Shown here: piece by piece, positions 13,965-28,119 of the stretch
Numbering within the stretch: the stretch's first letter is position 1
Layout: each line of letters opens with the position of its first letter
NCBI GenBank assembly: GCA_012295275.1
Contig: CM022670.1
Span: 40,982,001-41,046,000 of the forward strand
Source: Chrysomallon squamiferum
Taxonomy: Eukaryota > Animalia > Mollusca
Length of the DNA: 64,000 nt
Direction of reading: 5' to 3'
Notes under the pieces: model-generated
What the model was told of the DNA's origin: nothing
The model's input: the letters and a program-made list of their open reading frames with translations, nothing else
Database searches by the model: none
Program-made: the position numbers and the translations under genes

Positions 13965-16492
13965 ACCATACATACACAAATATTTTATGTGATATATACA
14001 CAAACATGAATAAATATATCTGAACACAAAAATAAACACAAGAACATAGACAAGTAATGCAAATATACATTTAAGTACACACACTTCTCATTCAAAACAA
14101 ATTACACACTTAAAAACAACAAACAAAACACAAGACATTACAAAACAGTGGGTGTTTCTGTACCCAAGATAACATTATCCATTCAGTCCAAGGACTTCTA
14201 CGAGATATTTTTTTAACAAATTGCTCAGAGGACAAGATACTTGTTAATAAACTAGAGTTAGGCATGGAAAAGGATAGGATTGATCCTGCAACCCTTCACA
14301 TGCCAGTCACTTTTCTGTCTGTTACCAGTTCACTAATCAACACATGGTTGACTGTCATTAATATTTTGTCCTAACACTCTGCTGCATGATGAATCATCTC
14401 CAGTCACAAACATAAACATGTCACAACATTACACTTATCTGTAACCTACACTACAGATATTTTCAAATCAAACAAAAAAAATAGTAAAATACTAACAGTT
14501 TGGATTTCATTAATCATAACAGATGCTCATGACGTTTTTACAAAGAACATTTTGACACTTTTATTATCAAATGAAATATATAAAAACATTTTGTTTTAAG
14601 CATTTAAAAATTATTTTAAAAATTATTTAAAGATTTTGGTTTAAATATTTAAAAATTATTTTAAAATTCTGTTCTAAATTTTTAAAAACTGTTTCTATGG
14701 TTACCTATTTATTTTATCTGCTACTAACACTTAAAACTACTTAATGACTTTGTTATAAAGAGGGGTGAATTTATTTCTGGGAACATGTCTAATTAACTGT
14801 GCAGATATACATGTAATAAAATCAGTCAGAGAATAGTTAATTTTTATAAAATACATGTGCAACACGGACTAAGCAGAATGTAACTAAAGCAATTACAACC
14901 AAACAGTTAACATTCAGAGACATACAACACAAAGAAACCAATACACAATAATAATAATAATAATAACAAAAATACAGTTTGTAGTAAAAACAGTATATGT
15001 TATATGCACAAAGGCAGTAAATTACTTTTAAACTGTTATTACCAGTGAAAGAGTAAATATTAAAAATACAAGACAAAACTTTTATTTTAAATAATGTGAC
15101 TGCAGAAAGAGTAAAAAAAACACAGGAATACACATACATTATACACACAAACATACACATGCATGCACTCACACAAGATGGTATGCAAGATGAAAAAAGG
15201 TTTAATAAATTGAGCCACTGTTCTAAGTAACTAACACTGACAGCAAAACTACGTAAATGAAAATATTTATCACTCCATCCCTTCTCACAAAAAAATAAAA
15301 TAAAATGAAAGAAAACAGACAAACCTTGTCTCTTGTTGGCTTTATCACTGAATCATTCACACTCTGGCTGATTTCCTTCGTTTTCTTAGTCGCAGTGCTT
15401 GCTATTCTGGCTGCCTGCGTTTAAAAAAAAAAAAAAAAAGAAATCAGAAGAAGAAGAAAAAAGAAAAAATGAAGATTATTTTGTATTTTAATTGTCAGTA
15501 TTCAAAGGCAGAAAAATAAAATCAATACAGCTCTCCCAAGTTCTCATACATTCGGCAGATGAGAATTTGACAACATCTCTATATCTGAGGTCCATTGAGA
15601 CTGGCCGATCTTCATTTTGTGAGCATCTCCACAAACACAGCCAAAGAAAACCACTCTGCTGCAGTGAATAAAACCTGGGTGTCTGACTGTCACACAATTC
15701 AATAGTTTATCTGGAGTTGATACTGTGATGTATTGTGTGCAAGGTTGATGGATGGGGTAGGTATGGATGGGATGGTATGTTAAGTGTGAGTAGGTGAGTC
15801 CATTGTAATTGTAATTCTGTGTTTTTCAGGGCAGACATAATTCCCGTAATGTTTGTGTGAGAGGAGTTTATGTTTTTTTTTAAATTCTGTTGTTTTATTT
15901 TTCTCTTCAAAGAAACATATATAATTATTTAATAAAATATTAAAAAACAAAAAACAAAAAAATTGTTAGAGTATTTTTCATAAATCCTTATTAAAGACAT
16001 AGCTAATGATGAAGAAAGAAAAGTGAAAGTCATAGGCAAAGCAAGAATGAAACAAAAGAGAAACAGACAGACAGACAAGAAGACATTGGTTTGGATGGAA
16101 GTAATTATGAGTGTATAAATTTCCCCAAGCAAATCTTTTGTTTGTGAGAATGTATTAATGTGAAATTCAGCTGCCTCTGAATTGATTTCAAGACAGATAA
16201 TTATATCAGAGCAAGGAAATGTAATTACTGACAGAAATATCTGACTAGGATAGTAATATTGACAGACAGTTATCAGGCAGGAACTGTCACATGTATGACT
16301 GCAGGCTTTCGTTATTACTTCTAACATGAGCACAATAAATTACAATCAACCCTCATAAATACACGCACAGACACACTCATACACACACACTCATACACAC
16401 CAAGGTCAGCACATGTACATATACAAACACCCTCTCATATATACACTTACATACACTTTCACATATATACATTCAGACACACCCACACATTC

Positions 16493-16528
<36 letters not shown>

Positions 16529-18202
16529 TCACATTCATACTCTCAAACACACACACACAAACACACAACACACACACAAATCACACACCCACACTCACAT
16601 TCATACTCTGAAACACACACACACATTCATTCAAATATACACACTAACATACACACATTCCCATACACATTAACATAAATACACTAACATAGACCTTGAC
16701 ATACAAATGCTCACATACACATGCTAAAAGGAACACACTAACACACACATACACAGTAACCTAACTGCACTCACATGCAAATACTTAAACACACATAAAC
16801 TGGTTTAAGTAATAATTAAGCAGTATTTGAGATACTCTGCACAAAATGTAAATATGAAATGAAAAATGAAATTGTTTTAACAGCTGTTAAGAATAAAATA
16901 TCTGTCACAATGAGTGTCAAACTAAAAGTTAAAATACTGCTTTGTTACAACCACCAGCCTAATTTACACAATTCTTCTTCCAAGTTTCCCTGTTCTGTGA
17001 AATAACACCAATATTCAAAAATAAATAAATAAATAAATAAAACAAATAAATAAATAAATAAAAATGTTACCTAATTCCACAGATATTTTAAACCTTACAT
17101 TTACAGACTTAACAATCAAACACACTGAACGTATTCAGTGTCTTATTCTAAAAACATCAACTATTAAACCAGACATTAAAAATTTTAACAATTTATATAA
17201 AAAAAAAAAAAAACAAAAAAAATCAACCATTAAACCAGACAGTGAAAATATTTACAATGTTGTTTTTAAAACTATCAACTTACAGTTTGACGCAAACCGT
17301 TACTCCAAATGCTGATTATTTATCACAGCTAGATTTTTCTCAAACTGCCAGGTTTTGTCTACGACTCTGTGCCAGAGAAAGTCAAAGTGGCAGCTACCGA
17401 CATGGTACACTGCTAGTCGCACAATTAACAGCTACTTGTTCGCCTCAAGATTTCTAAATCCCACCCTCGACCAGAGAGATCCTGAGCAAACGAAATGAGC
17501 CTGTGTGAACTGCAGGATCCAATCAAGCCTTTTTCTTCTCATGTTGCTATCAGCAGCTAGAGAAAAACGTGGAGGAGGCAAGCTTTTCCCATTCACTGCA
17601 GTAAACTGCTCTCAGTCTGACATGCAGTGCTGTGCACGGGGATGTAAAGAAGGAAGAATGACAAAATCAATGGGCTGGCCAGAGCAAGGTCTGGAGGCTG
17701 TAATAATGCGAAGAAACACACTGGAGTAAACACTCCACTTGTGTTAGGTTACTGGACACCACCAATCTTCACCACCAACATAACCCAAATTTACACACAC
17801 AGACACAGACACACAGAGACACACTGGAGTAAAACTCCACTTGTGTTAGATTACTGGACACATCACCACAACTCGAAAGAAATCTTCACCAACATAACTC
17901 ATATTTACACACACACACACACACACAAACACACACAGAAACACACTCACACAATCACACACATATATACACAGACACATGCACAGACAAACACACAGTT
18001 AGATTGTGAGAATGTCCTCCACTAACATAACCCATATTTAAGTACATACACCCACACTCTGACAGACACTCAGATTAATGGATTCATTTCTTGACAGCAA
18101 CATTTTCTACTATCATTACACACACGACCACCTAGCCACACACACACACACAAACACTTTCACACACACACACACACACACACACTCATTCACACACACA
18201 CA

Positions 18203-18301
<99 letters not shown>

Positions 18302-21300
18302 TCTAAGGACACTACATGTCAACACAACCTTTTCTATTACTTTCCACATGCTGAGGCTACTGGCTGCAGTTATACTGAGGTACATATTATTTTCCACGTT
18401 TTATTTAAACAACTGCATGCAACCTCTTATCTCAACCTGCACCGTTTTTTATAGAACAAAACAAATTTCCAGTGGACAATTTGAAATGAATCATACCGAG
18501 ATATATAGACAAATACACAAGTTATGTATACAAATACACTACAAGTTAGATCATTGACTTGATTTAAGCACACTCCTGAAACATGAACAGTTTACTGCAG
18601 TTTTGCTTATTTAAAGAAAACAAAAAAAAAGCATGCACCATACTGAAATAACAGCCAAGTTAAAATTTATAAAGTTACATAACATGGTACACATTACATC
18701 CACTCTGTGTTTCTGAATAGCACAACTCAAAGTAGTTTCCTATGATGCCACTTTAAACTTTACTGAAATGACCCTAAGGAAAGAATTTAAAAAAAAAAAA
18801 AAAGCAATACATTTTTTTTTTTAAATCTCACAATTGTAACCAGTATCACTAACTGTATATTTCTACCACTTAATCTGAATAGACAATCAGTTATATAGTA
18901 ACTACATCTTTAACTGTTACCAAAGGCTTATACTTTTTTTTATTTCCATTTTAAATTTAGAAGCAAAATTTAACTACAGTATGAGCTGATTCAAGGCCTG
19001 TAGGTTTGTAGTCTACATCTGACTTCAGTTTGAACTTAGTACAGTCTTGTTTGCCAGCCAATTTGAAATTACTACAGTCTGAACTTAGTAAAGTCTTGTT
19101 TGCCAGCCAGTTTGAAATTACTACAGTCTGGACTTAGTACAGTCTTGTTTGCCAGCCAGTTTGAAATTACTACAGTCTGGACTTAGTACAGTCTTGTTTG
19201 CCAGCCAGTTTGAAATTACTACAGTCTGAACTTAGTACAGTCTTGTTTGCCAGCCAGTTTGAAATGACTACAGTCTGAACTTGATAAAAAAAAAGTTTGC
19301 CAGCCAGTTTGAAATGACTACAGTCTGAACTTGATAAAGTCTTGTTTGCCAGCCAGTTTGAAATGACTACAGTCTGAACTTGATAAAGTCTTGTTTGCCA
19401 GCCAGTTTGAAATGACTACAGTCTGAACTTGGTAAAGTCTTGTTTGCCAGCCAGTTTGAAATGACTACAGTTTGAACTTGGTAAAGTCTTGTTTGCCAGC
19501 CAGTTTGAAATGACTACAGTCTGAACTTGGTAAAGTCTTGTTTGCCAGCCAGTTTGAAATGACTACAGTCTGAACTTGGTAAAGTCTTGTTTGCCAGCCA
19601 GTTTGAAATGACTACAGTCTGAACTTGGTAAAGTCTTGTTTGCCAGCCAGTTTGAAATGACTACAGTCTGAACTTAGTAAAGTCTTGTTTGCCAGCCAGT
19701 TTGAAATGACTACAGTCTGAACTTAGTAAAGTCTTGTTTGCCAGCCAATTTGGAATTACTACAGTCTGAACTTAGTAAAGTCTTGTTTGCCAGCCAGTTT
19801 GGAATTACTACAGTCTGAACTTAGTAAAGTCTTGTTTGCCAGCCAGTTTGGAATTACTACAGTCTGAATCTACTCACCCAGGGCCTGTATTTGATTACTC
19901 ACCTGAATCTACAGACTGAGTTTCATTCCTGTCTGAACTCAAACAAGGTCTGCAGACTTAATCTGGTTCAGGTTGAACTTAACTGTGATCTTTCAACTGA
20001 ATTTTGTTGAGTCTGAATTCATCCAAAATCTTTCAACTGAATTTAGTTCAATCTGAATTTATCCACAACCTTTCAACCGAATCTGGTTCAATCTGAATTT
20101 ATTCAAAACCTTTCAACTGAATTTAGTTCAATTTGAATTTATCCAAAACCTTTCAACTGAATTTAGTTCAATTTGAATTTATCCAAAACCTATACACTGA
20201 ATCTGGTTCAATCTGAATTTATCCAAAACCTGTAGATTGAATCTGGTTCAATCTGAATTTATCCACAGCCTTTCAACTGAATTTAGTTCAATTTGAATTT
20301 ATCCAAAACCTATACACTGAATCTGGTTCAATCTGAATTTATCCAAAACCTGTAGATTGAATCTGGTTCAATCTGAATTTATCCAAAACCTGTATACTGA
20401 ATATGAATTCATGTCCAGGACCTGTTTGTGTTTCCCAGTTTGAGTTTATCTCAGAGCTGCAGTCTGATGTGGAGAAAGGATTTAAAAATAAGCACCGCTC
20501 TCTGACTGTTGTGCTGGAGAGATAAGAAGCTGTAATGCTGTGTAATTACCCTCTCAGTTCTTGTCCTTGAACAGTTATTCAGTTCTCTCAGTCTGCATGT
20601 AACAGAATGCTTAACAACAAGTCAAGTGTCTGTACTGCATGTAACAGTGGTAGTAGTTGTTCCGTGACTATCTGAGATTGCTGTTACAATCCAACTGCTG
20701 AAGGTAACAGTTCCCTAAGTGGGATTTTTCTCTTCTTTTTTTTTAGGGAGGAGTATTTTGTTGGATTTATTTTTTTCCTTTTTTTTTTCACAGCAGATTG
20801 TTAATTTCTTACTTGACTGCCCACTCTGGGTAATAAGAACACTTTAATGTTTTAAAAAATGACATATTATTTTTTTTTTTTTTTTTTTAAATTTTTTTAT
20901 AAAATTTTCCTTTTGTTTTTGGTTGTTGTTTTTATTTTTTTATTTTATTTTTTTTTTTTTTCTTGTTGTTGTTGTTGTTGTTGTTTACTACCAAGATTAT
21001 TTGTTTTAACTTAGTTAATTTAACATATATTCATCTTTTCTTATATTAAAATTTAACTTTCTTGGGAACCATTAATAACCTCCACAGCAGTATAACTTCA
21101 AATTCATCAAACATTTATGAGAAAACATCATTTACAAAATTATATAATTCATTGTCTTTTTTTTTTTCCCTTATGTGAAAACAGTAAAGACTAACCAAAT
21201 CAGATTTATTACAAACCATTACCTTCCTTTTAGATTTCTGTTTACTCAAGCCTTCATAAAATAAACACTTCTTTCTTTATTCTGTTTCCTTTTTCTAGTT

Positions 21301-22000
21301 TTTTTTTTTTTTTAAATTTAAGAAGAGTAAAGAATAAGCAAATCCAATTTATTACAAACTGCTGTTTACTTTGACCTTCGTAAGATAAACTTTTCAAGAG
21401 AACAAGGATGAAAGCTGATTCAAAAATAGCAACAAGTAAAAAACACAAATGAGGGAAATGTGTGTCAGTAACATTATACACAAGATTAAGACTTTATCTT
21501 TTCATGAAGTGCATTATCTAATCTCACTGATAAATACATATATATACCTACTTACCATTTATTTAATACACTTTCTAAGCTCAGGAGAATTTCTCGTTTT
21601 CTATTCCAAATATCCCATCATTACAAAATGACTCTAGAGTCTAAGGAATATATGCACACAATGATAATGCAACAGATGTAATTTACATAACATTTTCTTA
21701 ACTGGATTATTTCAGTACAGTTTTGTTTAAATATTAAATAAGATTTGTTATATTTGAAATTTTTTATTACTTTTTTTTTTTAGACTTATTATTTTTTATT
21801 TATTGATTTATTTTTTTATTTTTATTTTTATTTTTATTTTTATTTTTATTTTTATTATTTTTTGGTTTATGTTGTTGTGGTTATTATCATTATCATTATC
21901 ATTATCGTTATCATTATTATTATTATTATTATTATTATTTTATATTATATTATTAAATTTTTTAATTTATTTTTTGTTGTTGTTGCTGTGGTTGTTGTTG

Positions 22001-22078
<78 letters not shown>

Positions 22079-24994
22079 GTTGTTGTCCTATGTGACAACA
22101 AGAGTTCTGACTACAATGGGAACATGTTCAATGTAAACACAGTAGAAAACTGATCAAGGAAGCCAGTGCTCTTCAAATAAGTAACCTACTGTTCAAGTAA
22201 GTAACCTATTGTTCAAATAAGTAACCTATGGTTCAAGTAAGTAACCTACTCTTCAAATAAGTAACCTACTGTTCAAATAAGTAACCTACTGTTCAAATAA
22301 GTAACCTACTGTTCAAGTAAGTAACCTATTCTTCAAATAAGTAACCTACTGTTCAAATAAGTAACCTACTGTTCAAGTAAGTAACCTATTCTTCAAATAA
22401 GTAACCTACTGTTCAAGTAAGTAACCTACAGTTCAAATGAGTAACCTACTGTTCAAGTAAGTAACCTACTGTTCAAATAAGTAACCTACTGTTCAAGTAA
22501 GTAACCTACTGTTCAAGTAAGTAACCCACTGTTCAAGTAAGTAACCCACTGTTCAAGTAAGTAATCTACTGTTCAAGTAAGTAACCTACTGTTCAAGTAA
22601 GTAACCCACTGTTCAAGTAAGTAATCTACTGTTCAAGTAAGTAACCTACTGTTCAAGTAAGTAACCCACTGTTCAAGTAAGTAACCCACTGTTCAAGTAA
22701 GTAATCTACTGTTCAAATAAGAAACCTACTGTTCATCTGCTTACACTGATCTGCAAACGGTTGAAGCAGTTTGAGTCTGCCACATTTACATAAGAGAAAA
22801 TGAGTAAAGAGTTTTGTAAGAGAACTCTGATCAGCAATCTGACAGATCAATAACACAATTACTCACAGAGTCGTCTGCAGGCTGCACAGCACTTACTCAC
22901 AGATCAGGTCAGGAACAGCCAGCTACAGGATCGATCCTTGGAGAATGTAATTTTTTTTTTTTTTTTTTTTATTATTTTTTTTTTTGCTTTTTTAAAAAGA
23001 ATCTCTGATTGGTGTGTATGTATATCTGTGTGCATGTGTTTGTTTCTTTAAGCATGTGTGTATATAAGCATGTTTATGAAAGTATACAGACAGACAGACA
23101 AATAGACACACAAAGGCCATTCATTACATCTTCCCTATTTCTCTGTTTGCTATTAATACACACTGACTATTACATCAAAATCTGTGTATGTACAAGTCTA
23201 CAACATTCCTTACTGGTGTTAAACGAAGATGTGGTGAAACCTTTGTCAGACATTTTAATTGTTAGATTTGTAGTAAACAAGCAGAGAAAGTAAATCATCA
23301 CACTTTTATTATTATTAGTTTTTGTAAGATGTATGAAAGAACATGTGCAAGAGAGCAAAAAAAAAAAAAAAAGCTCAATAAATTTGTAAAATTACTGCCA
23401 TAGCTTGACTTCAGTTATTTCTAGAAACAAACAAAAACAATCATTTGTACACATAAAAAACATATGTAACTCATACTAAAAACCTGATATATATGCATAC
23501 TCAGACACATGTAAACAAACACACACACACACACACACACACAAACCCACACACATGTATGTAAATATTATGTGAATATGTGGGGGGGTGTACATGACAT
23601 GAATGTAGACATGCAAATTTTGTTTATTAATATTTTTTTTATGAATGTGTTGTTTTTGTTTTTTATGTTGTTTTCTTTGTTTGTTTTTTTAATTTGTATG
23701 GTTTACTAAATCTTTCCTGTTTTTCTCATTATTTATAAATGCATTCAATTTCAATGGTAATTCTTTAACATGACTGTGTGGCCTATATATATGATATTTG
23801 TGTACTTATAATACTTTATGTATACAGTAGTGTAACAAATATAAATAAAACTTATTGTTCACACGAGTGTAACAAAAATAATGATATATAATACCTTTAT
23901 GTACACAATGCCTAATGACTTATAAGACTTTATGTATACAGTGGTATAACACACAAGCGACATAAAGATAATATTTCACAGGTACAAGTGGTAATTATAC
24001 TGTGCACTTAATTACATATCGTATGACAGCATTGCCTACCTGTTGCTGATGTTCTGCTATAAATCAATATCACTGACAGCCCATGGATGTCTGCTGTGGA
24101 AATGAGTAACTTCAACACTGTGTGCAACACGATGACATCACAGTTAAAAAAAACACACGACTGCGACTCGCAACATTTCCTGTTCGAAATGCCGAGGTTT
24201 TCACCAGGTTCAACTAAAAACCGTATCGCATTCTCTCAAAAAAACAACACAGAACTGTTTTTGTTATTCTTTTGAAAATCTCCAGCTACTGTCAACAATA
24301 TGCTTTTACTTGGTCACAATGAAAATGATAAACCTGTTTCCTGTCTCACTTCGTGCGAGTGTTCCTGGACTCAGTTGTTACTCTGAACGATGCTGTTGGT
24401 CGGTTGGCAATGACCTGCCCAATGTTTTCAGCACTGTGGATCAATACTCCTGCCTTTTTGTTCGACTGTATTCACAGTGCTCCAAGTTAAGTCACATCTC
24501 TCTGATATTCCTGAAATGTTCACACTTTGTTCCCTAAACACATCACTCTGGTCTGGGATAAATTTCTATTCAGCAGGCTATTGATTAGCGTGACAAGACC
24601 TTGCTATACAGACCACCTGGTTATTATTTTCCATATGCTGCAGCTGTCCTTCGATTCTGTCCTTTCTTTTTTATTATTTTTTATTTTATTTTCATTTTTT
24701 TTTATTAATAAATTTCGCTCAGTTCATACAATATGAAATTATAGATTTTTTTTTTTTTTTTTTTTTTTTTGTATTATTATTATTATTATTTTGAACCAAA
24801 TGTTGCTGTATGTATCTGATAGAGGAAATAAAATACAAGAATGAAAAAAAATATATAAACAAAGATAAAAAGAAAGGTACGGTTTTTTTCTGACCAGATT
24901 ATTAGTGAAAATGTGTCACAGAGAGTGTGTGTATTCAGGTAATCTAATCACTCATCTGTACTTGGAGTCAAGTGCTTTATTTCATTTTTTAATA

Positions 24995-25026
<32 letters not shown>

Positions 25027-25575
25027 AACATGCTAAAGAAAGGGTTAATCATGTTCAGCTTAACCAGTCTTTGTTTTAGTTTTGAAGCAAGTATGCTATA
25101 TCCCAAAACAATTATCATCAAAGTGTTAAATTTGTACAGACCTGCCCTTGAACAAGACAGCACATGCCATGCACTTATTAATTAAAATGGAAATATCCTG
25201 GATCCTGAAAACACTGAACAAGAACATGTCACATTATCAGTGATTATCAGATTCCATTATCTGAGACACTTCAACAGTTATCAAGCTTTCTTTCCAACAG
25301 CCTCAGGCCAAGTATCAAGCATCAGACACCAAATAAGCAAGCACCAAGCATTATCTTCCAGTGCAATGTATTAAACATAATGAGGCACCAACTTGCTAAT
25401 AATTAATATTACCCATTAATATTAATAGACAAATACTTGGTATGATACTGGTATTTCATTTCTATAAATATTCTATGTGTTGTATGTGGATATGGTGTGT
25501 ATGAATATGCATGCCTCTTTATAAGTTTATATGTATGTGGGTGTATATATACATGTATTTTTTATATATGTGTGT

Positions 25576-25607
<32 letters not shown>

Positions 25608-26765
25608 TTACACCTACACATATACATATACATATATATATATATGTCTGTGTGTGTGTGTGTGTGAGAGATCATGACACATGCAAACAGCTGATACACA
25701 ACCCATAAACACAGCTGTCACACATATTCTATACACAGACATGTCCAGAAATAAATCCATAATGAAAAATATTTTTACCTGATATTAATAATTTACACCA
25801 CATTGGGATACTGTTTAAGTAAATATACAATAATACTGTTTACTTATTATCGCCTTAGATAAATTCTATTCTTTTAATCTTTTTATTTATTTATTTACTT
25901 CTTCTTTTTTTAATACTGTAATATAATAAATATAGACTGTAATTTTTGTTTTCTTCTTTGTTTTTCAAGAGGTTGGGTGAGTTATCCTTAAGGTGTAAAA
26001 TTCTACTTCTAATAGTTATGTGAAGATATAGCAAATTTATAAATGAAAATTTTATGAAATTTTAGAAATAATAATTCCAAAATAAAATAAAATAAATAAG
26101 TAAAAATAATATAAAGAAAATGTACAGTAATTAAAAATCAACCAGAAAAAAGTTATTATTTTTTCATGATTTTAAGATAATACAACTCATTAATTTTTTT
26201 GTTGGCACCATGGACTAACTATTTTCTGTAATCCTGCATACTAACTAGATGGAAAAATCAATATTGTTTATTTTTTTTCATTTTCCTAAAACATGTGCAT
26301 GTGCACTGGTGGGTGTATATGTGTGTTTAGGGATGTGGGTGGGTGTTGGTGTGGGTGTTGGCGTGGGTCTATGTGTGATTAGATGTGTCAGTTTGTGTGT
26401 GATGTGTTTATCTGTGTGTGTGTGTTTATCTGTGTGTGTGTGTGTGTGTGTGTTATCTGAATGCATGCATCTCGAGTTACTGAAACTGTTTAAAACAGTT
26501 TTAATTCCAGAACAACAACAAGCAATACATATTTAGATTCAAACTGCTAACTGATTAAGTGATGGACTGATAAACAAATCTCTAATAAAACTGAGACAGC
26601 TGATGTCATAAATCAGTTTACATCTGACATTAAACCAAGATTAATTCTTCTAGTGTCACTGTGTATCTTTGTGTGTATGAGTGTGCACACGTGTATGTGT
26701 ACATGTGTGTGTGTGTTATGTTTGTATGTGTCTATATGAGTGAATTAGTATCTGTATATGAATAA

Positions 26766-26806
<41 letters not shown>

Positions 26807-28065
26807 TATGTGTGTGTGTGCGTGTTTGTGTGTGTAGTGCCTGTTTTCATTTGTGTGCAAAAGTGTAACAATTTGAATTTGTATGAATGTGTATATATAT
26901 AAAAAAATTGTGGGTGTGTGTTCAGTGGGGTTACATTTTAAGTCACTGTCTGTCAGTTCACAACTAAAAATCAAGAGATTATTTTACACCAACTCTGACT
27001 GACAAGATGTTTATCTGTTAAATTACTACAAGGCTGTCAATCATTCTTTATCGCATTAAGTTAACATGCAGAGCTTCAGTACTTGCCTAAAAAGCAAAGG
27101 ATAACAGGGTCAAGTCTCCACAGACTCTCTGATATTTTTCATGTCTGATAGATGAAATATTGTGGGATGTGCTTTTTGATTTATGAGAAAGAACGCAATT
27201 AAGAATTCCCTGCTATTACCAATTGATTACGGATAACACAAGTCATGGTATGTTGGCCATATCAATTATCATCATCATAACATCAACATTATTATTAATA
27301 TATGTAGATCTGACATTCACTTTCAGCAATGGTTGTTTATTTCTGGTGTGTGCTATGAAAATGCTATGAAATTTGAAAGATCAGCAATTCTCATTTGACT
27401 GGCAGTAACATGCATCTCAAGTCTTCTCCATGTTACCTGATTTGGATCATAGCAAGCATTTACTGAGTGAGTGGGTTAAAAGAAGACCACAGGGAAATTA
27501 AAATTCCTGTACGGGACTTGCAGGCAAAGAAAGTACTCACAGAAAAATGTAGGCAGTCAGTGAGTATTGGCCCCAGTGGATCTGAGCTTGCTGCCTCTGT
27601 TACAGACACACCACAACCCAGGCCAGGTTTGTCAGTTAATGAATTCCTCTAACAATTTAGAAGATGGGTCGAGTTCTGTACACTCACTTAAGTAATGTGC
27701 CACGAGCCAAGTACAGTTTATTTCCAATCATTTCCACTACATGATTCCAGTATTAACTGTAGCCATCACAGGCAGGGCCTCCAGCACTTAGCAGAATAAA
27801 CAGAGGAAAATTAAATTACACTGATAATGATAATATTTAGAGACTCTCTCCTCATTGTGTGAGGCTGCTGCAATGATTGGTTTCGTGTTTATTAACAAGA
27901 GCCTGTCAACTGTTCACTCAATATGAAGGAAATGATCTCCCCAACCATGTGTCTGTTTCTCTGTGTGTGTGGGTGTACTCAATATAACAAATCATCTTTA
28001 TAAATGTATGGCTTTTGTCTTGCATGAGTTTATGCACAGATGCATGCATGTGATGTGTGTGCATG

Positions 28066-28119
<54 letters not shown>

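Noticed and set aside
19032-19868. CRISPR-like regular repeat array (also 22170-22735 and 29086-29286)
   Set aside because: Units are head-to-tail with no unique spacers, there are no cas genes, and the context is a eukaryotic intron.
17242-27652. Nested protein-coding gene in the long ARFGAP1 intron (short ORFs at 17242, 17505, 24087, 24310, 27467)
   Set aside because: No recognisable domain, and I could not build a consistent exon chain on either strand.
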